A DNA stretch of 63,784 nt, the filler included, from an uncultured Clostridia bacterium (GTDB lineage: Bacteria; Aerophobota; Aerophobia; Aerophobales; B3-G15): the NCBI GenBank assembly GCA_964482715.1. It is 3 parts of 3 records of this genome, joined end to end, with 100 filler letters (N's around TTAATTAATTAA, not from the genome) between each part and the next. Parts side by side here need not be neighbours in the genome. Positions count along the whole stretch, not along the records: positions 1 to 27,486 come from CAYZYX010000025.1; 2 more parts are not named here. The stretch is one strand, 5' to 3'. Below, piece by piece: positions 10,419 to 19,874 of the stretch. The stretch's first letter is position 1. Each line of letters begins with the position of its first letter. Below the pieces are notes generated by a model. That model made no database searches. It worked only from the letters and a program-made list of their open reading frames with translations, and was not told the DNA's origin. Made by a program: the position numbers and the translations under genes.

Positions 10419-11147
10419 TCACAATCTGAATTTTTCTCCCAGAAACCTTCTCCTCGCCTCCTCAGATTGAGTTAGTTCTTCTCTGGTCCCAGCAATTAAG
10501 ATTTTACCCTGATACATAATGTAAGAAAAATCGGTTATTTGTAGAGTTTCTCTTACATTGTGGTCAGTTATCAAAACCCCAATCCCTCTTTTTTTGAGGT
10601 CAAATATAATTGATTGAAGATCGGCAACAGTGATAGGATCTATCCCGGCAAAGGGTTCATCAAGAAGGACAAAGGAAGGGGAAGTGAGAAGCGCTCTTGC
10701 TATTTCAACCCTCCGGCGCTCTCCGCCAGACAAAAAATAAGCCTTTTTGTCCCTTAAATGGTATATACCGAAATCTTCCATAAATTGCCGGGCTTTTTCT
10801 TCTTGTTCTCCTATTGAAAGATCCAGAGTTTCCAGTATTGCCATAAGGTTTTCTTTTACCGTTAATTTTTGAAAAACTGACGGATTCTGTGGGAGGTAAG
10901 CGATTCCCTTGCGGGCTCTCTTATAAGTGGGAAGATGAGTTATCTCTTCCCCGTTCAGAAATATCTTTCCTTCGTCAGGCCGCACAAGACCCACGATCAT
11001 ATAAAAAGTTGTTGTCTTGCCGGCTCCATTAGGTCCTAATAAACCAACTATTTGACCTTTTTCTACTTTCAGAGAGATTCCCCTTACCACCGGTGTTTTT
11101 TTATAGCTTTTACTTAGATTCTCCACCTGCAGTGCCACTTGTTGCAC
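10419..11147 (-). CDS. lptB: LPS export ABC ATPase
   Basis: GPNGAGKTT, LSGGERRRVEIARAL, LDEPFAGIDP, ITDHNVRETL. Confidence 0.95.
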   Translation of the reverse strand: MQQVALQVENLSKSYKKTPVVRGISLKVEKGQIVGLLGPNGAGKTTTFYMIVGLVRPDEGKIFLNGEEITHLPTYKRARKGIAYLPQNPSVFQKLTVKENLMAILETLDLSIGEQEEKARQFMEDFGIYHLRDKKAYFLSGGERRRVEIARALLTSPSFVLLDEPFAGIDPITVADLQSIIFDLKKRGIGVLITDHNVRETLQITDFSYIMYQGKILIAGTREELTQSEEARRRFLGEKFRL

Positions 11148-11607
11148 CTTGACTTATAATATAAGTAGCTGAAACGGGACTTCCCTGTGCCTCAATTTTT
11201 CTTTCTATAGTCCACACCATAACCCTGTCGGCAGACAGAGAATTTCCCAAAGTGTCTTTGTAATTGACATTTCCTTCCAGCAAAATAAGACCATCCGGGG
11301 CTGTATAGGTTACCTTTTGACAGGAGCCTTCTATGGTTTTATCTTGCTTTATGGTAACTTTCCCTTCGGCGATTATCTTTTTCAGTGTATTTTCCTCTGT
11401 AAGATAAATCTCCACCCTGTCTGCTGTTAAGATATAATCTTTCCAGGTAACTTTAACCTCACCCTGATAGGTTAAAACACGATTGATATAGTCTATACTC
11501 TGCTGTTGAGAGATAACAGTCATTTTTTCCTCTTCACCCATACAGACTGTTGCTGAGAGTGCTATCAGTACAATGAGCAGTAAACTGCCGATAGATAGTT
11601 TTTTCAT
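11110..11607 (-). CDS. lptA: LptA/OstA family protein
   Basis: Signal peptide, beta-jellyroll motifs (LTADRV, AEGKV); between lptC and lptB. Confidence 0.8.
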   Translation of the reverse strand: MKKLSIGSLLLIVLIALSATVCMGEEEKMTVISQQQSIDYINRVLTYQGEVKVTWKDYILTADRVEIYLTEENTLKKIIAEGKVTIKQDKTIEGSCQKVTYTAPDGLILLEGNVNYKDTLGNSLSADRVMVWTIERKIEAQGSPVSATYIISQGATSGTAGGESK

Positions 11608-12170
11608 TAAATTCCTCCTTCTTTAATATAGGTGGTAACCTGATTTTTGATGATCACCTTACTTAGATCCGAACTTCCTATCAACCCCTTTCCTTTAATA
11701 AGAAGTCCACCCTTTTTTATGGTGATTTCCCCCTCGGTAAATAATTTTTTCTCCGATCCATCCCATTCAAGCTCATCGGTTTTTAGTTCGGCTCCATCCC
11801 GATAAGAGATAATATATACGTTTCCTTTTAAATAGAAGTCCGAGGTGGAACTCTCAACCACAACTTCATCGGCGAAGCCTTCTGAGGCAGGTTTTCCTTT
11901 TTCAAACAAAGTAATCTCTACTTTTTTTAAGTGAATACGCTGGGGAAACTGTGCTGCCTCTTTTGCCTTTAATATCCAGGATTTTCTTCCCTGTTCATCC
12001 CATCCAGTGAACTCGACACCTTTTGCTTCAACAAGAGGTATTTCTTTTAAATCTTCTCTTGGAAAAAGTTTTTCAACTTTTTCCTCCCAATGGCTAAAAA
12101 ACAAAAGAGCCAAAATTATGACAGACGCTCCAGCAACGAAAATCAAAATAAAGTAGCTTTTTTTAATCAT
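11607..12170 (-). CDS. lptC: LPS export protein LptC
   Basis: Single N-terminal TM, LKTDELEWD motif; operon position. Confidence 0.82.
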   Translation of the reverse strand: MIKKSYFILIFVAGASVIILALLFFSHWEEKVEKLFPREDLKEIPLVEAKGVEFTGWDEQGRKSWILKAKEAAQFPQRIHLKKVEITLFEKGKPASEGFADEVVVESSTSDFYLKGNVYIISYRDGAELKTDELEWDGSEKKLFTEGEITIKKGGLLIKGKGLIGSSDLSKVIIKNQVTTYIKEGGI

Positions 12171-12861
12171 TTTTATTAAATTTTGAGAATTTAGATTGCA
12201 GATTCTTCTCTTTATTTATTGTGCTGCTAACTCTCTGGACAGTTTTCCACCTTTTTCTGACAAAATCTGGAAGATTCTGATGTACTCGCAAGCATTTTTT
12301 AAGGAATTCTATGGTCCTCCTATCTGAAGCATACCCGGAACCTACATTTCCATAAATACTGGATATTTTTTCAATTTCTCTGTCTCTTGTTACTTTAGCT
12401 AATATAGATGCTGCTGAAACAACTGGATAGTTTTTATCGGCAAAATTTTCGGCAACAATTTGTGTTTCACTCGTTTTAAGAAGGGTCTTTAGTTTTCTAC
12501 AGTAAGAGTCACACCAGCAAGTTGGACAATCAATAAAAGCGATATGGGGAGAAAATTCGTTAATCAGCTCAGCAGTATTTTTAAGTTCAAGGTAATTTAT
12601 TCCAAATTTGTCTATTTCCAGAGCGGGAATCTTTATGATTTTCCATTGCAGAATTATCTTCTCTATAAGATTTTTCAGCTTCTCTCTTCGTTGAGGGGAA
12701 AGCATTTTTGAATCCTTAACTCCAATTTGCACCAGTTTGGGAATATCCTCTTCTTTTATTATGGCTCCACATATAATCATAGGACCTATTACCGGTCCTC
12801 TGCCAGCTTCATCAATTCCCAGTAAAATCCTGGAAGAACTATGATTTTTCATATCTTTCAC
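12163..12861 (-). CDS. rnhB: Ribonuclease HII (archaeal-like subtype)
   Basis: GIDEAGRGPVIGPM, DSK, SAASILAKVTRD, GSGYASD. Confidence 0.92.
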   Translation of the reverse strand: MKDMKNHSSSRILLGIDEAGRGPVIGPMIICGAIIKEEDIPKLVQIGVKDSKMLSPQRREKLKNLIEKIILQWKIIKIPALEIDKFGINYLELKNTAELINEFSPHIAFIDCPTCWCDSYCRKLKTLLKTSETQIVAENFADKNYPVVSAASILAKVTRDREIEKISSIYGNVGSGYASDRRTIEFLKKCLRVHQNLPDFVRKRWKTVQRVSSTINKEKNLQSKFSKFNKND

Positions 12862-13718
12862 AATTTGAAAATCCTTGAGGCCTGCCGCAAGGCATAGCAG
12901 CTTATGCTTACGGCCACAGGTAGTCCTGCTATATGAGTGGGAAAATATTCTATATTCACGCCCAGACAGGTGTTTTTTCCTCCAAATCCCTGTGGGCCTA
13001 TTTCTAAGTCGTTTATTTTCTCCTGGAGTTCTTTTTCCATACTTGCATATTGAGGATGAGTTGATTTCAAATTTAGGGGACGCAGTAGAGCTTTTTTAGA
13101 TAAAGCAAGGCATTTTTCTGCCGTCCCTCCGATGCCAATTCCCACTATAATAGGAGGACAGGGATTGGTGCCCGCTCTTTTTACGGCTTCAATTACAAAT
13201 CTTTTTACTCCTTCTTCTCCCTCAGAGGGAGAGAGCATGGCAATTTGAGTCATATTTTCTGCCCCGAAGCCTCGAGGGAAAATGGTTATTTTTACTTTTC
13301 CCGTTAGATCCTGGCTATCATCAAAAAGAAAGTGAACTACAGGAGGAGTATTGTTTTCCGTGTTCTTTCGAGAAAAGAGTGGATCATCCACTACCGATTT
13401 TCTCAAGTATCCCTTCTCATATCCAACAGCGACTCCCTCACTTATTATTTCTTCCAGCAATTCGCCATCAATGTGTACTCCTTTGCCTATCTGTAAAAAA
13501 ACCTCGGTCATTCCGGTGTCCTGACAAACGGCAATTTTTTCTTTTTTGGCTATTTTTATGTTTTCCAGAATGAGACCAAGGATCCTTTTGGGCACTCCTT
13601 CCTCTTTTTCAAAAGCTTTTTCCAGATATTCCAAAACATCCTCTCTCACTCCATAATTAGCCTCCTGGCAGAGATTTGCTACCAGGGCTATTAATTTTTC
13701 CCGGTCAACTGTTTCCAT
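12858..13718 (-). CDS. Fe-S fumarate hydratase / tartrate dehydratase alpha subunit
   Basis: CQDTG, NTPPV, NPCPP, G(P)QGFGG, HIAGLPVAV..SC motifs. Confidence 0.9.
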   Translation of the reverse strand: METVDREKLIALVANLCQEANYGVREDVLEYLEKAFEKEEGVPKRILGLILENIKIAKKEKIAVCQDTGMTEVFLQIGKGVHIDGELLEEIISEGVAVGYEKGYLRKSVVDDPLFSRKNTENNTPPVVHFLFDDSQDLTGKVKITIFPRGFGAENMTQIAMLSPSEGEEGVKRFVIEAVKRAGTNPCPPIIVGIGIGGTAEKCLALSKKALLRPLNLKSTHPQYASMEKELQEKINDLEIGPQGFGGKNTCLGVNIEYFPTHIAGLPVAVSISCYALRQASRIFKL

Positions 13719-14196
13719 TTTTGTTTGTTTTAATTTTTTATGAAAGCATTTTACCTAAAATAGGCTTTGTGTCAATTTATAAAGGGTCTTGTTTAATTTA
13801 TTTAATTTATTTCAAGGATGCCTGCTGGACTGGGTACATTTATTTGTACAACTTTTTCTCCTATTATGTCCACTCCGGCGAGATATGTTCGGAGAACACC
13901 TTCACCGCTATATCTGTTAAGGGGTTTTATTATCATTTTCGCCCTGACTGCAAGAGGAATTTCTTTAAATCCTGAGGATTCCTGGATACCAGGCTTCGAG
14001 GAGCAATTTCAGGGAAATTAAACAACAGCTTGTGTCTTCGTCAATTTTGTCCACTTTTTCAAAAGGACCCATTATAAATGCTATTTTTTAATCTCATGAA
14101 ACTCCCACCCTGGTAAGTTTACATTGATAAAAAGGAGAGTCAAGTTGAGAATTATCAGGTAAAAAATAACTTAATTCCAGCCTAAAGGAAAAATAC

Positions 14197-14220
14197 AGGT
14201 AAAAACTGTCCCAATGTCAG
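14197..14220 (+). repeat. Dispersed intergenic motif, copy 1
   Basis: AGGTAAAAACTGTCCCAATGTCAG; degenerate direct copy at 14156-14180; ends 10 nt before TTGACT. Confidence 0.55.
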
Positions 14221-14230
14221 TTTTGGCTGC

Positions 14231-14259
14231 TTGACTAATCCAAAAAGTTGTAAGATAAT
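14231..14259 (+). promoter_or_regulatory. sigma70 promoter for the amidohydrolase gene
   Basis: TTGACT-17-GATAAT. Confidence 0.55.
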
Positions 14260-14315
14260 CACTTAGAATTTTTGTTTTACTTTCAAATTTCAATTAAAGT
14301 TAAAAGGAGGATTAA

Positions 14316-15584
14316 ATGAAGTTTCTAACCGAATTAACAGATGAAATCAACAAAATTCCGGTTATTGACACTCATGAACATATATTACCTGAAGGTTGGA
14401 CAAGCGAAAAGGGACCGGATAATTCCCTCATAATAAGAAGAATGAAAGACAACGAAGAAGTAAATCTTTCTTTTATGTTAAACAATAGCTATTGCGGCTG
14501 GGAACGAAAAGAAGTTATAGAGGAAAGGTGGGATTCTCTGGAGAATTTTCTAAAGAAAGTTAAAGGACGAGCATTTTACAGGTCTTTATTTCGGGCACTG
14601 AAAGAATTATACAACTTTAAACTGCCAGAAATAAGTAGAGATAGCTGGAAGGAACTTTCGAAAAAAATAGGTGAAGCGAGTAGAGAAGAAAACTGGCAAA
14701 AGATGATTTTAAAAGATAAAGCTAATATAGATCTCATTATATGGGATCAGTTCTGGGAAATGGGAAATACACAGGTAGATAGAGAGATTTTCAACCCTGT
14801 TTTCCGTATAGACCCTTTTCTTATTGGATATAATCGGGAAGTTAAAAGCCATGATGGAGTTTCTCCCTATGACTATGCCGAAAAACTGAAATTTAACATT
14901 CGAACTTTTGATGATTATCTTGATTTTATTGTCTTTGCTATTGAGAAAAACAAAAATGAAGGGGCTGTAGCTATAAAGTGTGCTACAGCCTACGAAAGAT
15001 CCATTGATTTTCAATCTGTAAGAAAAGAAGAGGCCAGGAGAGTCTTTGGTCTTTCAGAGGAACAGGTTCCAGATAGGGCAAAAAAACTATTTGGTGACTA
15101 TATCATGCATTTTATCGTGGAGAAGGCTATAGATCATAATCTTCCTATTCAGATTCATACCGGTTTAGCCAGACTTGAAGGTTCCAATCCAATGAACCTT
15201 ATAAGTCTTATCTCTCGCTATCCTGAGGCTAAATTTGTTCTTTTTCATGGTGGATATCCCTGGACCAGTCAAATTTGTGCTATTGCTTTTACCTATCATA
15301 ATGTTTATCTGGATCTGGTTTGGCTCCCCATTTTATCCCCAGAAGTAGCTACAAGGACACTACATGAGTGGATAGATATGGTAGATGTAGATCGAATTAC
15401 CTGGGGTGGGGATTGCTGGACAGTGGAGGAAACTTATGGGGCTCTTTTGACTGCCAGAGAAGTTGTTGTCCGTGTGCTTGGTGAAAAAATAGAGAGAAAA
15501 TACCTGAGTCAAGAGAGTGCCATTGATATAGCCTGGAAAATTTTTCGAAACAACGCTGTTGAGCTGTATAACTTGAGCCTATAA
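14316..15584 (+). CDS. Amidohydrolase family protein
   Basis: IDTHEH, QIHTG, FHGGYPW, WGGD metal-ligand motifs. Confidence 0.88.
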   Translation: MKFLTELTDEINKIPVIDTHEHILPEGWTSEKGPDNSLIIRRMKDNEEVNLSFMLNNSYCGWERKEVIEERWDSLENFLKKVKGRAFYRSLFRALKELYNFKLPEISRDSWKELSKKIGEASREENWQKMILKDKANIDLIIWDQFWEMGNTQVDREIFNPVFRIDPFLIGYNREVKSHDGVSPYDYAEKLKFNIRTFDDYLDFIVFAIEKNKNEGAVAIKCATAYERSIDFQSVRKEEARRVFGLSEEQVPDRAKKLFGDYIMHFIVEKAIDHNLPIQIHTGLARLEGSNPMNLISLISRYPEAKFVLFHGGYPWTSQICAIAFTYHNVYLDLVWLPILSPEVATRTLHEWIDMVDVDRITWGGDCWTVEETYGALLTAREVVVRVLGEKIERKYLSQESAIDIAWKIFRNNAVELYNLSL

Positions 15585-15666
15585 TAGGCAAGCAAGAAAG
15601 ACGTTAAAAGTAGGCTTTGGGATTAAACATTACAGGTAGGTTTTCTCGACACAAATAACGATGACT

Positions 15667-16052
15667 TTAAGATCCAGTTTTTTTGTCTTTGCCTGTTAAA
15701 ATGGAATCAGGATTCTTCTGACCTTCCTTCTTCCCCAGCTCTTGATTCTGACTTATTATTTTCACCAGCTTAAGAACTTCGATCAGTCCTTGTTGCAAAG
15801 TTGCTAAATCTTGCTGTGTCTTGTTGGATAGCCATAAATCTACCTTATTCGTTGAATCTATATTCCTTCTCATTTTACTCGGGAAATGAAATTTCTTTAT
15901 TTTTTGCTTTTAAGCTTCAACAGCGAGATGTGAATCTGTTTTCTTATCTTTTCAAAAATTTCTTTAGCTACCTCTTTCGCCACAAGACGCTGATAAACCT
16001 CCCACAAAATATAAAGCCTTCTATATTGTACTTTATTTTGATGAGAATCCAT
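15667..16052 (-). pseudogene. Frameshifted hypothetical gene
   Basis: RBS AAAAGGAG plus ATG at 16052 gives 51 aa ending just after an A6 run (~15900); one extra A joins it in frame to the 15667-15873 ORF (~128 aa). Confidence 0.45.
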
Positions 16053-16321
16053 TTTTCTCTGCTCCTTTTAGTTAGAGCAAAAAAAATACCACCACCGGTG
16101 CTCTGAAAATACATGATTTTTCGCTAAGTATCAGATAAAAAGCAATCTTTTTCTGCATAATTTTGATGCAAAAAACATTTTTAGTCTTCAAATTTAGTCT
16201 TCAAAATGTCTAAGATTCCCCATTTACACTGTAAAAATAAGCCATTGAAATGAGTTGAAGATGGCACCAAAAAATGTCAGTTTAAATAACATAAAAATTG
16301 AGGAGTTGAAAATATAAGCTC

Positions 16322-16349
16322 TTGACAATAATTTGTTTTTTAATACACT
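16322..16349 (+). promoter_or_regulatory. sigma70 promoter for comF
   Basis: TTGACA-16-TACACT. Confidence 0.55.
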
Positions 16350-16372
16350 CTACGCTGGTGGGAGTTTGGAAG

Positions 16373-17104
16373 TTGGAATGGCAGGATTTTGCCAGAGGTG
16401 CATTGGACCTCTTTTTTCCCGCAAATTGTTCTATTTGTGGTTTACCATTGGAATCATTAAACAGAAGCTTTATATGTTGGAATTGCTGGCAGAAGGTTGA
16501 ATGGGTACCCTTTCCAGTTTGTATAAGATGTGGTAAACCTCTTGGAGTTGACTGTCAGGGTGAAAATTTTTCGCCGATTTGTTCATCATGTCAGAAGTTT
16601 CCTCCCGGTTTTAAAAGGCTTTTTACTCCTACCTTTTACCGTGGTGTAATGGCTGAGGCTATCAGGCTCTTCAAATACAAATCCATGAGAGGAATAAGTA
16701 GAGGATTTAATTTCATTCTTGATAGTTATTTTAAAAAAGTAGATTTCATTTCCTTGGGGATTGAATTAGTAGTTCCCGTTCCTCTCCATCCAAAAAGGAA
16801 AAGAGAGAGAGGATTCAATCAGGCTGAAGACATTGCCAGAATAGTGGCCAGGCATTTAAAAGTCAAGGTGGGAAATTATCTTGCCAGAGTAAGATACACC
16901 CTGCCTCAAACAAATTTAGATAAACAGGATAGAAGAAAAAACTTAACTGATGCATTTGTCCTGAGGAAAAAAATAGAAGGAAAAACTGTTCTGCTGGTTG
17001 ATGATGTTTACACTACAGGAGCAACGCTGAACGAAGCATCTTCAACGATAAAACAGGCTAAGGCAGAAGTATTTGCTTTTGCTCTTGCGAGAACACCTGA
17101 TTAA
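16373..17104 (+). CDS. comF: ComF family protein (zinc ribbon plus phosphoribosyltransferase-like domain)
   Basis: CxxC pairs, VPLH, RGFNQA, LVDDVYTTGAT; start moved to the TTG after GGGAG. Confidence 0.92.
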   Translation: MEWQDFARGALDLFFPANCSICGLPLESLNRSFICWNCWQKVEWVPFPVCIRCGKPLGVDCQGENFSPICSSCQKFPPGFKRLFTPTFYRGVMAEAIRLFKYKSMRGISRGFNFILDSYFKKVDFISLGIELVVPVPLHPKRKRERGFNQAEDIARIVARHLKVKVGNYLARVRYTLPQTNLDKQDRRKNLTDAFVLRKKIEGKTVLLVDDVYTTGATLNEASSTIKQAKAEVFAFALARTPD

Positions 17105-17111
17105 AAATCAA

Positions 17112-17140
17112 TTGACATTTTACAGGGTAGCATTTATAAT
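17112..17140 (+). promoter_or_regulatory. Consensus sigma70 promoter for csp-hpf-ptsN-metK
   Basis: Perfect TTGACA-17-TATAAT. Confidence 0.85.
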
Positions 17141-17187
17141 TTGGCAGGATTTGCCGATAAATTTTTTAAAGAAGGGGGTGTAGTTTA

Positions 17188-17403
17188 ATGCCAGAAGAAG
17201 GAACGGTCAAGTGGTTTGATGACCGTAAAGGTTACGGGTTTATCTCTCGAACTAACGGGAAAGATGTCTTTGTACATTTTTCCAACATAGTTCAAGAGGG
17301 GTTTAAAAGCCTCAAAGAAGGAGATAAAGTTACATTTGATGTTCAGGAAACCGAACGTGGCCTTCAGGCAGTCAATGTAATGAAACAAAGGAGAAGAGCT
17401 TAG
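17188..17403 (+). CDS. cspA: Cold shock domain protein
   Basis: GTVKWF, KGYGFI, DVFVHFS (RNP1/RNP2). Confidence 0.95.
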   Translation: MPEEGTVKWFDDRKGYGFISRTNGKDVFVHFSNIVQEGFKSLKEGDKVTFDVQETERGLQAVNVMKQRRRA

Positions 17404-17411
17404 AAAGCGAA

Positions 17412-17471
17412 CCCGGCTGGATGAATATAATTAAAGAATGAGATAGCTTTGATTATAGGATTTCAGCCGGG
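17412..17471 (+). other. Long intergenic hairpin between csp and hpf
   Basis: CCCGGCTG/CAGCCGGG outer stem and TATAATTAAAG/CTTTGATTATA inner stem. Confidence 0.6.
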
Positions 17472-17503
17472 ATTATTTTAAGAAAATTCAAAAGGTCAAA
17501 AAC

Positions 17504-18040
17504 ATGAAAGTAGAAATAAGTGGTGTCAGAGTACCCATTACTGAACAAATTGATAGTTTTGTTAAGAAGAAAATAAAAAAAATAGAGAGATATTTTAAAG
17601 ATATAATTTTCTGTCATCTGATACTTAAAAATGAAAAGGACAGATATGAGGCAGAAATAAATCTCCATATTAAAGGGATGACTATAAATGGTAAGGAAGC
17701 AACCAGTGATCTCTATGCCTCCATTGAGAGAGCTATTGATAAAGTAACTCGACAGTCAAAGAAGTACAAGGAAAAGAAGAAAAATCATAAATTTACCTGG
17801 CACAAGGGAAAGGTTCAAACAGTAAGTGGTGAAGAAAGCAAAGAAACTCCTGAATTAGAACCTCCTCCTGTAATTGAGATAACCAGAGAGCTGGCAAAAC
17901 CTATGGGAGTTGATGAAGCGGCGCTGCAGCTTCGCCTTTCCAAAAATGATTTTTTTATTTTTTTAAACGCAGAAACCAATCAAGTGAATGTAATATATAA
18001 AAAGGAAAACGGGACTTTTGTCTTAGTCCAGCCCGAATAG
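17504..18040 (+). CDS. hpf: Ribosome hibernation promoting factor (long HPF/RaiA)
   Basis: DLYASIERAIDK and C-terminal KPM.VDEA...FFIFLN...VNVIY domain. Confidence 0.92.
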   Translation: MKVEISGVRVPITEQIDSFVKKKIKKIERYFKDIIFCHLILKNEKDRYEAEINLHIKGMTINGKEATSDLYASIERAIDKVTRQSKKYKEKKKNHKFTWHKGKVQTVSGEESKETPELEPPPVIEITRELAKPMGVDEAALQLRLSKNDFFIFLNAETNQVNVIYKKENGTFVLVQPE

Positions 18041-18050
18041 GAGGAGCAAA

Positions 18051-18506
18051 TTGCAGTTAATGAGTTTTTTAGACCGAAGAGCCATAAAACCGCGGTTAGT
18101 TTCTAAAACTAAAGATGAGGTGCTAAAAGAACTTGTTTCTCTTCTGGAAAAGACCGGGAAAGTAACTGATTCAGATGAGTTCTTGCGAGTAATAAAGGAA
18201 AGAGAAGAACTGGGGAGCACTGGAATTGGTTACAACATAGCAATACCTCATGCAAGATCCAGGGCTGTAACTGAATTGGTAGGGGCGTTTGGCATATCCA
18301 AAGAAGGAGTAGATTTCGATGCACTGGATAAGGAACCGGTTCACCTTTTCTTTCTTTTGGGAGCTCCCCAGAAAGCTTCTGGAGATTATTTAAAAGCTCT
18401 GGCCACTATTTCCCGCTTTTTACGCAAAAGAAAAGCCCGGCAGGAACTGATGAAAGCTGAAACAGTAGATGATATAATCAAAGTAATAGAAGCAGAGGGA
18501 ATTTAG
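18051..18506 (+). CDS. ptsN: PTS IIA (Ntr/fructose type)
   Basis: RE..GSTGIG..IAIPHAR phospho-His motif; follows hpf. Confidence 0.85.
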   Translation: MQLMSFLDRRAIKPRLVSKTKDEVLKELVSLLEKTGKVTDSDEFLRVIKEREELGSTGIGYNIAIPHARSRAVTELVGAFGISKEGVDFDALDKEPVHLFFLLGAPQKASGDYLKALATISRFLRKRKARQELMKAETVDDIIKVIEAEGI

Positions 18507-18543
18507 TTACGTACATTAAGGAAGGATAATAAGGAAGGATAAA

Positions 18544-19695
18544 ATGAAAAAAGATAACTATCTTTTTACCTCTGAATCGGTCACCGAGGGTCATCCTGAT
18601 AAAATTGCCGATCAAATATCTGATGCGGTACTGGATGCCATTTTAGAAAAGGATCCCAATGGCAGGGTTGCCTGTGAAACTCTGGTTACCACAGGTCTTG
18701 TTTTTGTAGCCGGAGAAATTACCACCAGCTGTTACGTGGATATCCCTACCATAGCCCGAAATACATTAAAGGAGATCGGTTACACTCATGCTAGTTACGG
18801 GATAGATTACAAAAGCTGTGCTGTAGTTACTTCCATTCACGAGCAATCTCCCGACATTGCTCAGGGTGTGGACAAAGATGGAGCCGGAGACCAGGGAATG
18901 ATGTTTGGTTATGCCACAACTGAAACACCTGAGTACATGCCTTTACCTATTGTATTAGCTCATCGCCTTACCAAACGACTTGCGGATGTGAGAAAGAAAA
19001 AGATCCTGCCTTACTTACGTCCGGATGGAAAATCTCAAGTAACTGTTGAATACGAAAATGGAGTTCCAAGAAGGGTAAAAGCAGTGGTCATTTCTGCCCA
19101 GCATTCTCCAGAAGTTGAGACAGAAGACATAGAGGATGAAATTATAGAAGTTGTGATTAAACCCTGCATTTCTGAAGAATACCGAGACCCGGAGATGTCC
19201 TATTATATAAATGCCACCGGCAGTTTCAAAGTTGGAGGACCTCAAGCGGACACAGGACTTACAGGAAGAAAGATAATTATGGATACTTATGGAGGTGTCG
19301 GCTCCCATGGAGGAGGGTGTTTCTCCGGAAAGGATCCAACCAAAGTAGATCGTTCAGGATCCTATATGGCACGATACATAGCCAAGAACGTTGTAGCAAG
19401 TGGCTTAGCAAGTCGGTGTGAAGTCCAGATTGCCTATGTTATAGGACTACGAGAACCTGTCTCTTTAATGGTTGATACCTTTGGGACAGGAAAGATACCG
19501 GACTCAAAAATAAAAGAGTTAGTCTGCGAAATTTTCCCTCTCTCTCCGCGAGGCATAATTGAAAAATTAAACTTGCTTCGTCCCATCTATAAGAAAACAG
19601 CCGTTTATGGACATTTTGGTCGGCAGGAACCAGAATTTAGCTGGGAGTTGACCGATATGGCTGAAGTTCTGCGTAGAGAAGCAGGTATTGATTAA
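18544..19695 (+). CDS. metK: S-adenosylmethionine synthetase
   Basis: [35 protein letters not shown]. Confidence 0.97.
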   Translation: MKKDNYLFTSESVTEGHPDKIADQISDAVLDAILEKDPNGRVACETLVTTGLVFVAGEITTSCYVDIPTIARNTLKEIGYTHASYGIDYKSCAVVTSIHEQSPDIAQGVDKDGAGDQGMMFGYATTETPEYMPLPIVLAHRLTKRLADVRKKKILPYLRPDGKSQVTVEYENGVPRRVKAVVISAQHSPEVETEDIEDEIIEVVIKPCISEEYRDPEMSYYINATGSFKVGGPQADTGLTGRKIIMDTYGGVGSHGGGCFSGKDPTKVDRSGSYMARYIAKNVVASGLASRCEVQIAYVIGLREPVSLMVDTFGTGKIPDSKIKELVCEIFPLSPRGIIEKLNLLRPIYKKTAVYGHFGRQEPEFSWELTDMAEVLRREAGID

Positions 19696-19844
19696 CCAAT
19701 GTATTTGCTTGGATTTTTCTCAAATTGCTCTTTACACCGCTCGGAACAAAAGTAGTAGAGTTTACCTTCGTATTCAGAAGTTGTGGCAGCGTCAGATTTC
19801 TTGATTTTCATCTTGCATACAGGGTCTTTTACCTTTCCGAACAT
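19692..19844 (-). CDS. YHS/TRASH domain small metal-binding protein (missing from the ORF track)
   Basis: [50 protein letters not shown]; DPVCxM and YYFCSxxC motifs; RBS AAGGAGGTG. Confidence 0.9.
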   Translation of the reverse strand: MFGKVKDPVCKMKIKKSDAATTSEYEGKLYYFCSERCKEQFEKNPSKYIG

Positions 19845-19874
19845 TTCCTTCACCTCCTTTTTTTATCTTCTTTC

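Noticed and set aside
13802..14008. Open minus-strand frame (...MIIKPLNRYSGEGVLRTYLAGVDIIG...)
   Set aside because: Looks like a gene fragment, but I cannot assign a family or a credible start
17141..17157. TTGGCAGGATTTGC as a sigma54 promoter near hpf/ptsN
   Set aside because: GG-to-GC spacing is 8 nt rather than 10, and a perfect sigma70 promoter lies immediately upstream
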